Source of the DNA: an uncultured Candidatus Saccharibacteria bacterium
GTDB taxonomy: Bacteria > Patescibacteriota > Minisyncoccia > UBA6257 > 2-01-FULL-56-20
Direction of reading: 5' to 3'
Assembly (NCBI GenBank): GCA_965231155.1
Contig: OZ246418.1
Span: 498,496-562,495, forward strand
Length of the DNA stretch: 64,000 bases
Position 1 is the first letter of the stretch, and each line of letters starts with the position of its first letter. Positions 29,012-38,247 of the stretch are shown here, piece after piece. The position numbers and the translations under genes were made by a program. Under the pieces are notes generated by a model that saw nothing but the letters and a program-made list of their open reading frames with translations, ran no database searches and was not told where the DNA came from.

Positions 29012-29284
29012 ATGGCCAATCTCTCTCTCATCAAAAAACCGCTTGTCACTGAGAAAGCTAGTATGCTTGAGCCATTGGGTCAGTATGTCTTTGAGGTTCG
29101 CTCAGAGGCTACCAAGCCAGAGGTGAAAAAGGCAGTGGAAAAGATGTATAACGTTAAGGTGAAGAATGTCACTATGGTTCAGTTGCCAGCCAAGCCACGG
29201 CGGTATCGAGGCTTAGTGCGCGCGATTACTGGACGAAAAAAGGCCATCGTTATTTTAAAGGCAGGAGAAAAGATAAACTTCTAA
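29012..29284 (+). CDS. rplW: 50S ribosomal protein L23
   Basis: 90 aa. LIKKPLVTEKAS...VFEV...KPEVKKAVEKMYNVKV fits L23. Confidence 0.9.
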   Translation: MANLSLIKKPLVTEKASMLEPLGQYVFEVRSEATKPEVKKAVEKMYNVKVKNVTMVQLPAKPRRYRGLVRAITGRKKAIVILKAGEKINF

Positions 29285-29285
29285 T

Positions 29286-30113
29286 ATGAAGAACTACTCC
29301 CCAACAAGTCCATCACGTAGAAATATGACTTCGGTCTCTTACCGAGGAGTGTTAACTGCGTCCAAACCATATCGCAAGTTAACAACTCGTTTAAAGAGCA
29401 ATGCTGGACGAAACTCTCAGGGAAGAATCACTGTTCGTCATCAGGGAGGTGGTAATAAAAAATTGTATCGCTTGGTTGATTTCAAGCAACAGCGTCTCGA
29501 TGTACCAGCGAAGATTTTGACTGTGGAGTATGATCCATATCGATCCTGTTTCATCTCGCTTGTTGAGTATGAAAACGATAAGTCAAAAGCCTATGTGCTT
29601 ACTCCTCACAATATTAAAGTTGGTGATTCCATCGTTACTTCCGAGCAGGCACCGTTGAAGATTGGTAACCGTTTGAAGTTGAAGAATATTCCAGTTGGTT
29701 ATCGAGTGTATAATGTGGAGATTCTTCCTGGTTCTGGCGGTAAGCTCGCACGTTCAGCTGGGTCGTCCGTTGAAGTGCAGGCCAATGCAGATGGGCATAC
29801 TGATTTAAAAATGCCTTCTGGCGAGGTTCGACGTATTCCTTGGGAGTCGTGGGCTTCATTAGGACAACCTTCTAACCCTGACTACAACTTGGTCAATTTC
29901 GGAAAGGCAGGACGTTCTCGATGGTTGGGTATTCGACCAACGGTTCGTGGTTCTGCTATGAACCCAGTGGATCACCCATACGGTGGTGGTGAAGGAAGTC
30001 AGCCTCGTGGTACAAAGAAACCAAAGACTTTGTGGGGTAAGGTTACTGGCGGACACAGGACTCGCAACAAGAAGAAATGGTCAACAAAGTTTATTGTGAA
30101 ACGAAGAAAATAA
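29286..30113 (+). CDS. rplB: 50S ribosomal protein L2
   Basis: RNSQGRITVRHQGGG...LARSAGSSVEV...GEVRRI...ATVRGSAMNPVDHPYGGGEG matches L2. Confidence 0.9.
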   Translation: MKNYSPTSPSRRNMTSVSYRGVLTASKPYRKLTTRLKSNAGRNSQGRITVRHQGGGNKKLYRLVDFKQQRLDVPAKILTVEYDPYRSCFISLVEYENDKSKAYVLTPHNIKVGDSIVTSEQAPLKIGNRLKLKNIPVGYRVYNVEILPGSGGKLARSAGSSVEVQANADGHTDLKMPSGEVRRIPWESWASLGQPSNPDYNLVNFGKAGRSRWLGIRPTVRGSAMNPVDHPYGGGEGSQPRGTKKPKTLWGKVTGGHRTRNKKKWSTKFIVKRRK

Positions 30114-30116
30114 AAC

Positions 30117-30434
30117 ATGTCACGTTCATCTAAAAAGGGTCCATTTGTTGATCCAAATCTCTTAAAGAAGGTTGCCAACCGCAAGGCAGAGGATGGTCCG
30201 ATTAAGACCTGGTCTCGGGCTTCAGAAATTTCTCCTGATATGGTTGGGTATATTTTCGCGGTTCACAACGGAAAAGATTTCATTACGGTTCGAGTGGTTG
30301 AAGAAATGGTTGGTCATCGACTTGGTGAGTTTTCTCCAACTAGGAAATTTGTTCGTCACGGAGGAAAGATGCAAAAAGAGCTTGAGCAAAAATCATCCGC
30401 TCCAGCACCAGCTGCGAAAACTGCTAAGAAATAA
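30117..30434 (+). CDS. rpsS: 30S ribosomal protein S19
   Basis: [18 protein letters not shown]...[32 protein letters not shown] matches S19. Carries a short Ala/Lys-rich C-terminal tail. Confidence 0.9.
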   Translation: MSRSSKKGPFVDPNLLKKVANRKAEDGPIKTWSRASEISPDMVGYIFAVHNGKDFITVRVVEEMVGHRLGEFSPTRKFVRHGGKMQKELEQKSSAPAPAAKTAKK

Positions 30435-30436
30435 AT

Positions 30437-30961
30437 ATGAAACAGCAACAAGCCACATTACGATATCTCCGAATGACTCCTCGCAAAGTGCGAGCGGTGG
30501 CTGGTTTGATTCGTGGTTTATCCGCTGCTGAAGCTGAGGCTCAGTTGATGGTTCAGCCTCGTCGAGCCGCCAAACCAATCTTAAAACTATTGCGTTCAGC
30601 TTTAGCCAATGCTAAAAATAACCAACGAGAAGAAGCGACACACTGGAAAATTGATTCTTTGAAGATTGATCAGGGTCCGATGCTCAAGCGTTACTTGCCA
30701 CGAGCCCGTGGTTCCGCTTCACCAATCCAGAAGAAGATGTGTCATATCACTCTGACTCTCGCGGAGATTGAGGGAGTGAAGTCTCGTAACTTTACAATCG
30801 TACCGAAGAAGAAAAAGAAGATGACTCCTTCCGCCGAGACGAAGCGGGCACCGAAGACAAAGGTGAAGGCCGCCCCTAAGACGGAGAGCGAGGCTCAGAA
30901 TAAAGAAAATCCTGGATTCTTCAAAAAAGTCTTCAATCGTAAGTCTGGTATGGGCAAATAA
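30437..30961 (+). CDS. rplV: 50S ribosomal protein L22 (with Lys-rich C-terminal extension)
   Basis: ATLRYLRMTPRKVRAVAGLIRGLSAAEAEAQL...MCHITLTLAE is the L22 core. A roughly 55-aa K/T-rich tail follows. Confidence 0.9.
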   Translation: MKQQQATLRYLRMTPRKVRAVAGLIRGLSAAEAEAQLMVQPRRAAKPILKLLRSALANAKNNQREEATHWKIDSLKIDQGPMLKRYLPRARGSASPIQKKMCHITLTLAEIEGVKSRNFTIVPKKKKKMTPSAETKRAPKTKVKAAPKTESEAQNKENPGFFKKVFNRKSGMGK

Positions 30962-30966
30962 TTATT

Positions 30967-31662
30967 ATGGGACAAAAGATTAATCCAAATTCTTTCCGAA
31001 TAGGCGTCAGTAAGAAATGGCCAGTCCGCTGGTTTATTAAGAGTGACGCACCTCAGATGCTCGAAGAGGATGAAGCTATCCGAAAGACTATCTATGAAAA
31101 GATTAATCAGGCCGGTATTGCTGACATTGAGATTGAGCGTACTTCCAACAAGGTGATTGTGAACATCAAGGCAGCTCGACCAGGTTTTGTGATTGGTCGT
31201 GGTGGCAAGGGGATTGAGGATCTGAATAAGTTGATGCAGAAGCGAGTAGCGAAGATTGGTGGTAAGAAGAAAAATATTCCACTTTCTATTAATGTTGAAG
31301 AACTAAAGCGTTTTGATGTTTCGGCCGCATACGTGGCTCAACAGATTGCTTGGGATATTGAGCGTCGTATGCCATTTCGTCGTCTTATGAAAAAGTATCT
31401 CGATCAGATTATGCAGACCCAGGGTGTTAAGGGAGCGAAGATTCTGATGGGCGGTCGTCTTGGTGGTACAGAAATTGCTCGTCGTGAGTGGCTGAAGAGA
31501 GGACAGTTACCATTACAGACTTTGCGAGCGGTGATTGATTATAGTCGTGCTACTGCACACACCACCTACGGAACGATTGGTATTAAAGTTTGGATTTACA
31601 AGGGGGATTCTTTTGATGAGAAGACTTCTAAGAAAGAGGAAAAAAGAAAACCTCGCGCCTAA
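30967..31662 (+). CDS. rpsC: 30S ribosomal protein S3
   Basis: MGQKINPNSFRIG...KH domain with GRGGKGIEDL...GVKGAKILMGGRLGGTEIARREW. Confidence 0.9.
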   Translation: MGQKINPNSFRIGVSKKWPVRWFIKSDAPQMLEEDEAIRKTIYEKINQAGIADIEIERTSNKVIVNIKAARPGFVIGRGGKGIEDLNKLMQKRVAKIGGKKKNIPLSINVEELKRFDVSAAYVAQQIAWDIERRMPFRRLMKKYLDQIMQTQGVKGAKILMGGRLGGTEIARREWLKRGQLPLQTLRAVIDYSRATAHTTYGTIGIKVWIYKGDSFDEKTSKKEEKRKPRA

Positions 31663-31671
31663 AATACGACT

Positions 31672-32082
31672 ATGTTAATTCCAAAAAAAGTAAAACATCG
31701 TAAGTGGCATAAGGGACGATCTCGTAGTCGTAAGGTTGAGACTCGTGGCTTAGAGGTGAGCTATGGAAGCTTTGGTATTAAGGCTATGGGTGCAGCCTGG
31801 TTGACTTCGAATCAGATCGAGGCAGCTCGTAAGGCGATGACCAACCTCCTGAAGCGCGAAGGACGATTGTGGATTCGTGTGTTCCCAGACAAGCCAGTCA
31901 CTGCACGACCACCAGAGCTGACTATGGGTGGTGGAAAAGGTAGTGTTGATCATTATGTCTTCCCGGTTCGTCCAGGTAGAATTATCTTCGAACTCGATGG
32001 TGTCTCCGAGGAAAAAGCTCGACAGGCGTTTCGTGTGGCCGGTTTTAAATTGCCGTTCAAGACGAAAGTAATCGTGAAATAA
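31672..32082 (+). CDS. rplP: 50S ribosomal protein L16
   Basis: MLIPKKVKHRKWHKGRSRSRK...GSFGIKAMGAAWLTSNQIEAAR...RVFPDKP matches L16. Confidence 0.9.
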   Translation: MLIPKKVKHRKWHKGRSRSRKVETRGLEVSYGSFGIKAMGAAWLTSNQIEAARKAMTNLLKREGRLWIRVFPDKPVTARPPELTMGGGKGSVDHYVFPVRPGRIIFELDGVSEEKARQAFRVAGFKLPFKTKVIVK

Positions 32083-32092
32083 CTACCCGACC

Positions 32093-32290
32093 ATGAAGAC
32101 TAAAGAAAAACAAGATTTAAAAAAGAGTTCTCGACCAACGCTCTTGAAGATGTTAGAAGAAGAGCGCGAGCGCTTGCGTGTTTTGCAGTTTAACTTGGCG
32201 GCGGGTAAGGTAAAGAATATTCGCGAAATTCGAACAGCGAAGAAAAACGTGGCTACCATCTTGACGTTTTTGAAATTAATGACAGAATAG
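32093..32290 (+). CDS. rpmC: 50S ribosomal protein L29
   Basis: 65 aa helical protein (LEEERERLRVLQFNLAAGKVKNIREIRTAKKNVATILTFL) in the conserved position between L16 and S17. Confidence 0.85.
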   Translation: MKTKEKQDLKKSSRPTLLKMLEEERERLRVLQFNLAAGKVKNIREIRTAKKNVATILTFLKLMTE

Positions 32291-32297
32291 ACCATTC

Positions 32298-32549
32298 ATG
32301 ACCGATACACAAAAAACAACCAAACGACGACTCCAGGGAACTGTGGTTGGCGGGAAGATGGAGAAAACCCGAGTGGTGGCTATTACTCGTCTTAAGAAGC
32401 ATCCGAAGTATTCGAAATACTATCGAGTGACCAAGAAGTTTAAAGTTCACGACGAGAAGAATGAGTATCAGGTTGGCGATCAGGTTGTAGTCGAAGAGTG
32501 TCGGCCACTTTCTAAAGAGAAACGTTGGGTAATTGTCGGTAAAATATAA
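32298..32549 (+). CDS. rpsQ: 30S ribosomal protein S17
   Basis: RRLQGTVVGGKMEKTRVVAI...KYYRVTKKFKVHDEKNEYQVGDQVVVEECRPLSKEKRW matches S17. Confidence 0.9.
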   Translation: MTDTQKTTKRRLQGTVVGGKMEKTRVVAITRLKKHPKYSKYYRVTKKFKVHDEKNEYQVGDQVVVEECRPLSKEKRWVIVGKI

Positions 32550-32551
32550 CC

Positions 32552-32920
32552 ATGTTACAGGAACGATCCATTTTGAAAGTTGCAGATAACTCCGGCGCCA
32601 AGACGGTGCGGTGTTTCCGTATCTTGGGAGGTACTCGAAGGCGGTATGCTCGACTTGGCGATATTCTTGTTGCCTCTGTGCAGACTGCCGAGCCACGCAA
32701 GAACGTGAAGAAGAAAGATATCGTGAAGGCTCTGGTAGTACGAGAACGCAAAGCATTTCGACGAGCCGATGGTTCGTATGTTCGTTTTGATGAGAATGCA
32801 GTAGTGATTGTTGATGCCAAAAGGGAGCCAGTAGCGACTCGTGTATTCGGTCCAATGCCTCGTGAGTTAAAACAGATGGGTTATACGAAACTCATGACTT
32901 TAGCTGAAGAAATTGTCTAA
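32552..32920 (+). CDS. rplN: 50S ribosomal protein L14
   Basis: MLQERSILKVADNSGAKTVRCFRILGG...VFGPMPRELKQMGYTKLMTLAEEIV matches L14. Confidence 0.9.
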   Translation: MLQERSILKVADNSGAKTVRCFRILGGTRRRYARLGDILVASVQTAEPRKNVKKKDIVKALVVRERKAFRRADGSYVRFDENAVVIVDAKREPVATRVFGPMPRELKQMGYTKLMTLAEEIV

Positions 32921-33227
32921 CATGAATATTCGCAAAGGAGATACAGTAAAAATTAGAACAGGGAAGGACCACGGTAAGACGGGGACGGTTCTTCGAGTTG
33001 CTCCGAATGATGATAAGATTACGATCACCGGATTGAATCTCTTCAAGAAACGATCGAAGCCGAAGAAGCAGGGTCAGAAGGGGGAGATGGTGGAAGTCGC
33101 GCGTCCATTGCCACGGTCACGGGTGATGTTCGTTTGTCCTAGTTGCAAAAAAGCGGTACGCTTAGGCGCCCGTATCGATGGTGATCAAAAGGTACGATAC
33201 TGTAAAAAGTGTCAGGCAACCGTCTAA
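32913..33227 (+). CDS. rplX: 50S ribosomal protein L24 with C-terminal zinc-ribbon extension
   Basis: KOW region IRKGDTVKIRTGKDHGKTGTVLRV...ITGLNLFKKRSKP, then CPSCKK...RYCKKCQ (four Cys). 8-nt overlap with rplN. Confidence 0.85.
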   Translation: MSNMNIRKGDTVKIRTGKDHGKTGTVLRVAPNDDKITITGLNLFKKRSKPKKQGQKGEMVEVARPLPRSRVMFVCPSCKKAVRLGARIDGDQKVRYCKKCQATV

Positions 33228-33232
33228 ATCTC

Positions 33233-33724
33233 ATGAACGATAGAAAACAGTTAAAAAATTTCTTGGAGAAGATTGTGGTAAATACCGGAGTTGGTCGCTT
33301 AGGCCAACAGCCGTCTTTTGAGGACAAAGTTTTTCCTCTGGTGGCCAAGGATCTGGCGGTGATTACTGGACAGAAAGCCCAGGTACGTAGGATCGGTAAG
33401 TCTATTGCCGGATTTAAGGTTCGAGAGGGCCAGATTGTCGGTGCTCGAGTAACGCTTCGACGTGACAAGATGGTTGATTTTTTTGAACGCTTGATTAATA
33501 TAGTACTACCTCGCGTCCGTGACTTTGGTGGTATTCCTCTGACCAACGTTGATCAAGGAGGTGTTTTGAATGTTGGCCTCAGGGAACACTTGGTATTTTC
33601 TGAGATTAATCCTGAGGACACACCGCTTGTTTTTCCATTACAGGTAGTGATTGTGCCACGCGATAAAGATCGAGAAAAAGCTCTGGCGATGTATCGTTCG
33701 CTTGGCGTACCACTCAAGAAATAA
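33233..33724 (+). CDS. rplE: 50S ribosomal protein L5
   Basis: ORF track starts at a GTG at 33209, which overlaps rplX. The ATG at 33233 (MNDRKQLKNFLEKIVVNTGVG...) follows the rplX stop. L5 blocks ITGQKAQVRRIGKSIAGFKVREGQIVGARVTLRRDKM are present. Confidence 0.9.
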   Translation: MNDRKQLKNFLEKIVVNTGVGRLGQQPSFEDKVFPLVAKDLAVITGQKAQVRRIGKSIAGFKVREGQIVGARVTLRRDKMVDFFERLINIVLPRVRDFGGIPLTNVDQGGVLNVGLREHLVFSEINPEDTPLVFPLQVVIVPRDKDREKALAMYRSLGVPLKK

Positions 33725-33726
33725 TT

Positions 33727-33912
33727 ATGGCTAAAGTATCTGTCATTGCGCGAAGCAAAAAGAAGCCAAAGTTCTCGTCCAGAATCGTTCGACGTTGTTT
33801 TCGCTGTGGTCGAAAGCACGGCTATATGAGAGATTTCAATCTCTGTCGTATCTGTTTCCGCGAGATGGCAGCTATGGGACACATTCCGGGAATTAAAAAA
33901 TCCAGCTGGTAA
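33727..33912 (+). CDS. rpsN: 30S ribosomal protein S14, zinc-binding type Z
   Basis: 61 aa with CFRCGRKHGYMRDFNLCRICFRE (C4 zinc motif) typical of short S14 (RpsZ). Confidence 0.9.
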   Translation: MAKVSVIARSKKKPKFSSRIVRRCFRCGRKHGYMRDFNLCRICFREMAAMGHIPGIKKSSW

Positions 33913-33920
33913 ATTTATTT

Positions 33921-34298
33921 ATGTACTACGATCTCTTAACCCAAATTAAAAATGCCGAGGCGGCTCGCCGGAAGTCTCTCCGTGTGTCGTTTTCGAATCT
34001 CGATCTAACGGTGGCAGAGATCTTGGTTAAGCATGGTTTTATTAAAGATGTGAAAAAGAAACTGATTGGCAAGAAGAAATTTTTAGATATCGATCTTTCC
34101 TCTAAGACTCCTGCGCAGATTTTACAGTTTAAAATTGTCAGTAAGCCAAGTCGTCATCTCTATGTTCAGGCCAAGGAGCTTTTCCCAGTGAAGCAGGGTT
34201 ATGGATTGGCGGTTATTTCGACCTCTCAGGGAGTAATGACTGGAGGAGAAGCTAAAAAGCGTCGTTTGGGTGGAGAGTATCTTTTTGAAATCTGGTAA
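33921..34298 (+). CDS. rpsH: 30S ribosomal protein S8
   Basis: DLLTQIKNAEAARRKSLRV...GFIKD...GLAVISTSQGVMTGGEAKKRRLGGEYLFEIW matches S8. Confidence 0.9.
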   Translation: MYYDLLTQIKNAEAARRKSLRVSFSNLDLTVAEILVKHGFIKDVKKKLIGKKKFLDIDLSSKTPAQILQFKIVSKPSRHLYVQAKELFPVKQGYGLAVISTSQGVMTGGEAKKRRLGGEYLFEIW

Positions 34299-34305
34299 TA
34301 CTACT

Positions 34306-34851
34306 ATGTCATCTTTTAGCAAAAAACCAATTTCAATTCCTGCCGGCGTCACTATCGAAGAGCGTGCTGATCATTTTTTGATTCGTGGAGCTCAGGGGAC
34401 CAAGGAACTCCCAAAACTTTCTGGGGTGGCAGTTACTATTTCTCCAGATTCTGTTTTGGTGAGAACTTCTTCTGAAGATCGACAATCTCGAATGAATGAA
34501 GGGACAACCTGGTCTCTCCTGACCAACTCTTTAAATGGTGTGGCTACGGGATTCACCAAAGTTCTTGAAATTGAAGGAATCGGGTATAAGGCAGTAGTCG
34601 AGGGTTCGACTTTAGTTCTTTCTTTGGGGTATGCTCATCCTGTACGGGTGGAGATTCCTTCAGTCTTAAAGGTGACAGTTGAGAAGAAGGCGTTGACGAT
34701 TCAGGGATCAGATAAAGAAATGGTGGGTAAGTTAGCAGCTCAGATTCGAGCGTTTAAGAAGCCTGAGCCGTACAAAGGGAAGGGCATTCGCTACCAAGGA
34801 GAGGTTGTTCGACGCAAGGCCGGTAAAAAAGCAGCCACTGCGAAAAGCTAA
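34306..34851 (+). CDS. rplF: 50S ribosomal protein L6
   Basis: ORF track gives 34270, overlapping rpsH. The ATG at 34306 (MSSFSKKPISIPAGVTIE...) is the likely start. L6 tandem-domain blocks include YKGKGIRYQGEVVRRKAGK. Confidence 0.9.
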   Translation: MSSFSKKPISIPAGVTIEERADHFLIRGAQGTKELPKLSGVAVTISPDSVLVRTSSEDRQSRMNEGTTWSLLTNSLNGVATGFTKVLEIEGIGYKAVVEGSTLVLSLGYAHPVRVEIPSVLKVTVEKKALTIQGSDKEMVGKLAAQIRAFKKPEPYKGKGIRYQGEVVRRKAGKKAATAKS

Positions 34852-34863
34852 CACCAGATAACT

Positions 34864-35226
34864 ATGAATAAGACCAAAAAAGTACAGGAGAAAAAGATTC
34901 GTCGAGTGGCTCGTACCCGCTCGCACATTCTGGGAACAGCTGAACGTCCACGCTTGGCGGTTTTTCGAAGTAATCACTACACGAGTGTTCAGTTGATTAA
35001 TGATGAAACTGGTACAACTTTAGCGATGGCTTCCAGTAAGAATCTGACTGGTGCTGACGCGAAGAAGAAAAAGACCGAGCAGGCCGAGATGGTTGGTAAG
35101 CAGATTGCTGAAAAAGCTCTGGCCCTCGGAACGAAGAAGGCAGTTTTTGATCGACGATCATATCAGTATCACGGTCGAGTGAAAGCAGTTGCTGATGGTG
35201 CACGGTCAGCGGGTCTGAAAATATAA
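34864..35226 (+). CDS. rplR: 50S ribosomal protein L18
   Basis: RRVARTRSHILGTAERPRLAVFRSNHYTSVQLIND...AVFDRRSYQYHGRVKAVADGARSAGLKI matches L18. Confidence 0.9.
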   Translation: MNKTKKVQEKKIRRVARTRSHILGTAERPRLAVFRSNHYTSVQLINDETGTTLAMASSKNLTGADAKKKKTEQAEMVGKQIAEKALALGTKKAVFDRRSYQYHGRVKAVADGARSAGLKI

Positions 35227-35231
35227 CTATC

Positions 35232-35738
35232 ATGAGAAAATTTGAACCACGGCAACCACGGCCGGTAAAAAAAGAAGAATTCCAGGATCGTATGCTTGAT
35301 CTCCGACGCGTCACTCGTGTGATGGCTGGTGGTAAGCGTTTTCGTTTCCGAGCGACAGTAGTTATTGGCGATCGCAATGGTCGTGTTGGTGTGGGTGTTG
35401 CGAAGGGTTTGGATGTCCAGCAGGCAATGGCCAAGGCTAAATCTGACGCTAAGAAACACTTGATTGAGGTGCCTCGTATCGATAAGAGAACTATCCCTCA
35501 TGAGGTTTCAGCAAAGTATAGTGCTGCTCATGTTTTGATTAAGCCAGCGAGTGTTGACCATGGTATTCGAGCTGGTGGGAGTGTTCGTTTCGTACTTGAG
35601 TTGGCGGGTATTAAAGATGCCACCGCCAAGTGTCTTGGCCGTACTCCAAACAAACTTACGAACGCCATGGCTGCCATTACTGCGCTTTCAAAGATGAAAC
35701 AGGAAAAGCCTCGCCCACGAGTTACCCCAACTGCTTAA
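35232..35738 (+). CDS. rpsE: 30S ribosomal protein S5
   Basis: LRRVTRVMAGGKRFRFRATVVIGDRNGRVGVGVAKG...PHEV...KPASVDHGIRAGGSVRFVLELAGIKD matches S5. Confidence 0.9.
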   Translation: MRKFEPRQPRPVKKEEFQDRMLDLRRVTRVMAGGKRFRFRATVVIGDRNGRVGVGVAKGLDVQQAMAKAKSDAKKHLIEVPRIDKRTIPHEVSAKYSAAHVLIKPASVDHGIRAGGSVRFVLELAGIKDATAKCLGRTPNKLTNAMAAITALSKMKQEKPRPRVTPTA

Positions 35739-35778
35739 TTTACTTTCCCTTTAATTCATTCTAGTCTTTCAACATACT

Positions 35779-36192
35779 ATGCAGCTTCACACCTTATCAT
35801 CTCAGAAAACAAACCGTGCTCAGCGGGTGGCTCGTGGCGGTAAGAGAGGGACCTACTCTGGTCGGGGACAGAAAGGACAGAAGTCTCGTTCTGGTCGTCG
35901 CATTCGTCCAGCAATGCGTGATCTTATCATCCGCATTCCAAAGAAACGTGGTTTCCATAACAAGCCAAAAACTGCCTCAGCGTTAGTACTGCAACTTTCT
36001 GACCTCAAGAAGATGGAGGGCGTGGTGGATCGCGAGGCCTTGAAGAAGGCAAAGATGATCCCACAGCGTCATCTTGGCTTAGTGAAAATTTTATCAGCCG
36101 GAGAAGCGCCTACCGGTCTTACTGTTCGTGGCCTCGCAGTTTCCGCAGTTGCGAAGAAGAAGATCGAGGAAGCGAAAGGGAAGGTTGAGTAG
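35779..36192 (+). CDS. rplO: 50S ribosomal protein L15 (follows rpsE directly, with no rpmD/L30 gene between)
   Basis: RVARGGKRGTYSGRGQKGQKSRSG...GFHNKPK matches L15. Only a 40-nt non-coding gap separates it from rpsE. Confidence 0.9.
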   Translation: MQLHTLSSQKTNRAQRVARGGKRGTYSGRGQKGQKSRSGRRIRPAMRDLIIRIPKKRGFHNKPKTASALVLQLSDLKKMEGVVDREALKKAKMIPQRHLGLVKILSAGEAPTGLTVRGLAVSAVAKKKIEEAKGKVE

Positions 36193-36213
36193 TATTTTTT
36201 CTCATAATCACCA

Positions 36214-37485
36214 ATGAACCGATTTGTCCAAATTTTTCAGGCTCCCGACTTACGAAAAAAGATCCTGATTGTTCTCGGTCTTCTTTTGGCTTCTCGAGTG
36301 TTTTCGGCCATTCCAATCCCAGGAGTTGACGTCGCTAATCTTCAGCGTTTTTTTGGCTCTAATCAGTTGCTTGGCCTACTGAACCTTTTCTCTGGAGGAG
36401 GTTTATCCAATCTTTCGATTGCGATGCTTGGAGTTGGTCCGTATATCACCAGCACGATTATTATGCAGTTGCTGACCATTATCTTTCCTAAGTTCAAGGA
36501 AATGTACTACGAAGAAGGGGAGCGTGGTCGGGCTAAGTTCAATCAGTATTCGCGTATCCTCACCGTTCCTTTGGCGGCATTGCAAGCTTTTGGTTTCTTG
36601 AAGTTGCTGGCTTCTCAGGGAGTTATTATCGAACCTTCTGGTTTCGAATTACTTCGCAACGTTCTCGTAATTTCAGCGGGTTCTCTGATTATCTTGTGGT
36701 TAGGAGAGTTGGTTGGCGAACAGAAGATAGGTAATGGAGTTTCCTTGATCATTTTCGCCGGTATCGTGAGTAGTTTGCCAAGTAGTGTTCGTTTGGCTTT
36801 TGAAGCCTATACTCCTGGTCAGTTGCCAATCTATCTTGCCTTTCTAATAATCTCTTTCCTTGTGATCGCCGGCGTAGTGTACCTGAACGAAGGTGAACGC
36901 AAGGTGCCGATCGCCTATGCTCGTCGGGTGCGAGGCAATAAGATGTATGGTGGAGTAGCCAGTTATCTTCCCCTCAAGGTGAATCAGGCCGGTATGATTC
37001 CTCTTATTTTTGCAGTTTCGGTTTTGCTCTTCCCTCAGTTCATTGCTCAGATTTCAGCTGTTTTTTCACCTTCTTTTTCGATTGCAATGAACTCCTGGGT
37101 AAATAGTTTTTTGAATAATCAGCTCATCTATGGAGTGAGTTATTTCATTCTTGTGGTAGTGTTCACTTACTTCTACACTGCCATAACTTTTGATCCTGAG
37201 GAGATTTCGAAGAACTTACAACGCAGTGGCGGTTTCGTACCAGGACTTCGACCAGGCGAGATGACAAGTAAGTATTTTAGTAAGGTTATCAATCGAGTAA
37301 CTTTGTGGGGAGCGATCTTCCTTGGCCTTATTGCAGTCTTGCCAATTATTGTCCAACAGATAACTGGTGTTGCAGTTTTGCATATCAGCGGTACAGCGCT
37401 TTTGATCGTAGTAGCAGTTGCTTTGGATACGATGAGGCAGATCGATTCACAACTGACTGTTCGCGAGTACGACGGTATTGCTTAG
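36214..37485 (+). CDS. secY: preprotein translocase subunit SecY
   Basis: 423 aa, 10 TM segments. ILIVLGLLLASRV...IPIPGVD...GVGPYITSTIIMQLLT...ISAGSLIILWLGELVGEQKIGNGVSLIIFAGIV are SecY signatures. Confidence 0.9.
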   Translation: MNRFVQIFQAPDLRKKILIVLGLLLASRVFSAIPIPGVDVANLQRFFGSNQLLGLLNLFSGGGLSNLSIAMLGVGPYITSTIIMQLLTIIFPKFKEMYYEEGERGRAKFNQYSRILTVPLAALQAFGFLKLLASQGVIIEPSGFELLRNVLVISAGSLIILWLGELVGEQKIGNGVSLIIFAGIVSSLPSSVRLAFEAYTPGQLPIYLAFLIISFLVIAGVVYLNEGERKVPIAYARRVRGNKMYGGVASYLPLKVNQAGMIPLIFAVSVLLFPQFIAQISAVFSPSFSIAMNSWVNSFLNNQLIYGVSYFILVVVFTYFYTAITFDPEEISKNLQRSGGFVPGLRPGEMTSKYFSKVINRVTLWGAIFLGLIAVLPIIVQQITGVAVLHISGTALLIVVAVALDTMRQIDSQLTVREYDGIA

Positions 37486-37509
37486 TTTTTTGTTTTATTC
37501 TGTTTTAGT

Positions 37510-37537
37510 AAAAAACACCGATAACGGTGTTTTTTAC
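37510..37537 (+). terminator. rho-independent terminator after secY
   Basis: aaaaacaccg-ataa-cggtgttttttt hairpin plus T-run. A flanking A-run makes it potentially bidirectional. Confidence 0.65.
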
Positions 37538-37572
37538 TAGATATATTTTTTGTCTTCTGGTAGAGTGTAGGC

Positions 37573-38247
37573 ATGAAGAAAATCGCCGTTATTATTTACG
37601 GCCCACCAGGAAGTGGAAAGTCTACCCAGTCTCGATTTTTGTCTGCCAAGCTCGATCTCTTTTTGATGGATACAGGGCGTTATTTGGAGGCCTTGGTTCA
37701 TGATGAGAAAAGGCAGAAAGAGGCAGTGATTCGCCGAGAACGCGCATTATATGATTCTGGAAAGTTGATGACACCGAGTTTTGTATTGCGTGTAGTCGAA
37801 CAGCGAATAAAAAGAATTGCGAAGACCGATTCCAGTATTATTCTTAGTGGATCACCTCGAACTTTATACGAGGCTCAGGGATTGCTTCCGGTGTTGGCCA
37901 GGGAGTTTGGGAAGGAAAATGTATTTGTGTTTGTACTTGATGTGTCCAAGGAAGTTTCTTTGAAACGAAATGGTAGTCGTTATTTGTGTAAGATCTGCTC
38001 GGCGCCACTTTTGGCAGAGTACTATCCGAGTAAAAAACCAAAGCACTGTCCAGTATGCGCGGGGCCATTGTACAAGAGGACTGATGATAACCCCAAAGTG
38101 TTGTCTACTAGGCTTGATCAGTACGAGAATCGAACTAAGCCAATTTTCGATTTTATGCAGAAAAAGGGATATCGTTTAGTTCATATCGATGGTCGTCCTG
38201 CTCCATTCAAATTGTTCCAGAGTATTTATGCCCATCTTGAAAAGTAA
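37573..38247 (+). CDS. adk: adenylate kinase with zinc-binding LID
   Basis: IIYGPPGSGKSTQ P-loop. LID domain has CKICSAP...CPVCAG (Cys4). 224 aa. Confidence 0.8.
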   Translation: MKKIAVIIYGPPGSGKSTQSRFLSAKLDLFLMDTGRYLEALVHDEKRQKEAVIRRERALYDSGKLMTPSFVLRVVEQRIKRIAKTDSSIILSGSPRTLYEAQGLLPVLAREFGKENVFVFVLDVSKEVSLKRNGSRYLCKICSAPLLAEYYPSKKPKHCPVCAGPLYKRTDDNPKVLSTRLDQYENRTKPIFDFMQKKGYRLVHIDGRPAPFKLFQSIYAHLEK

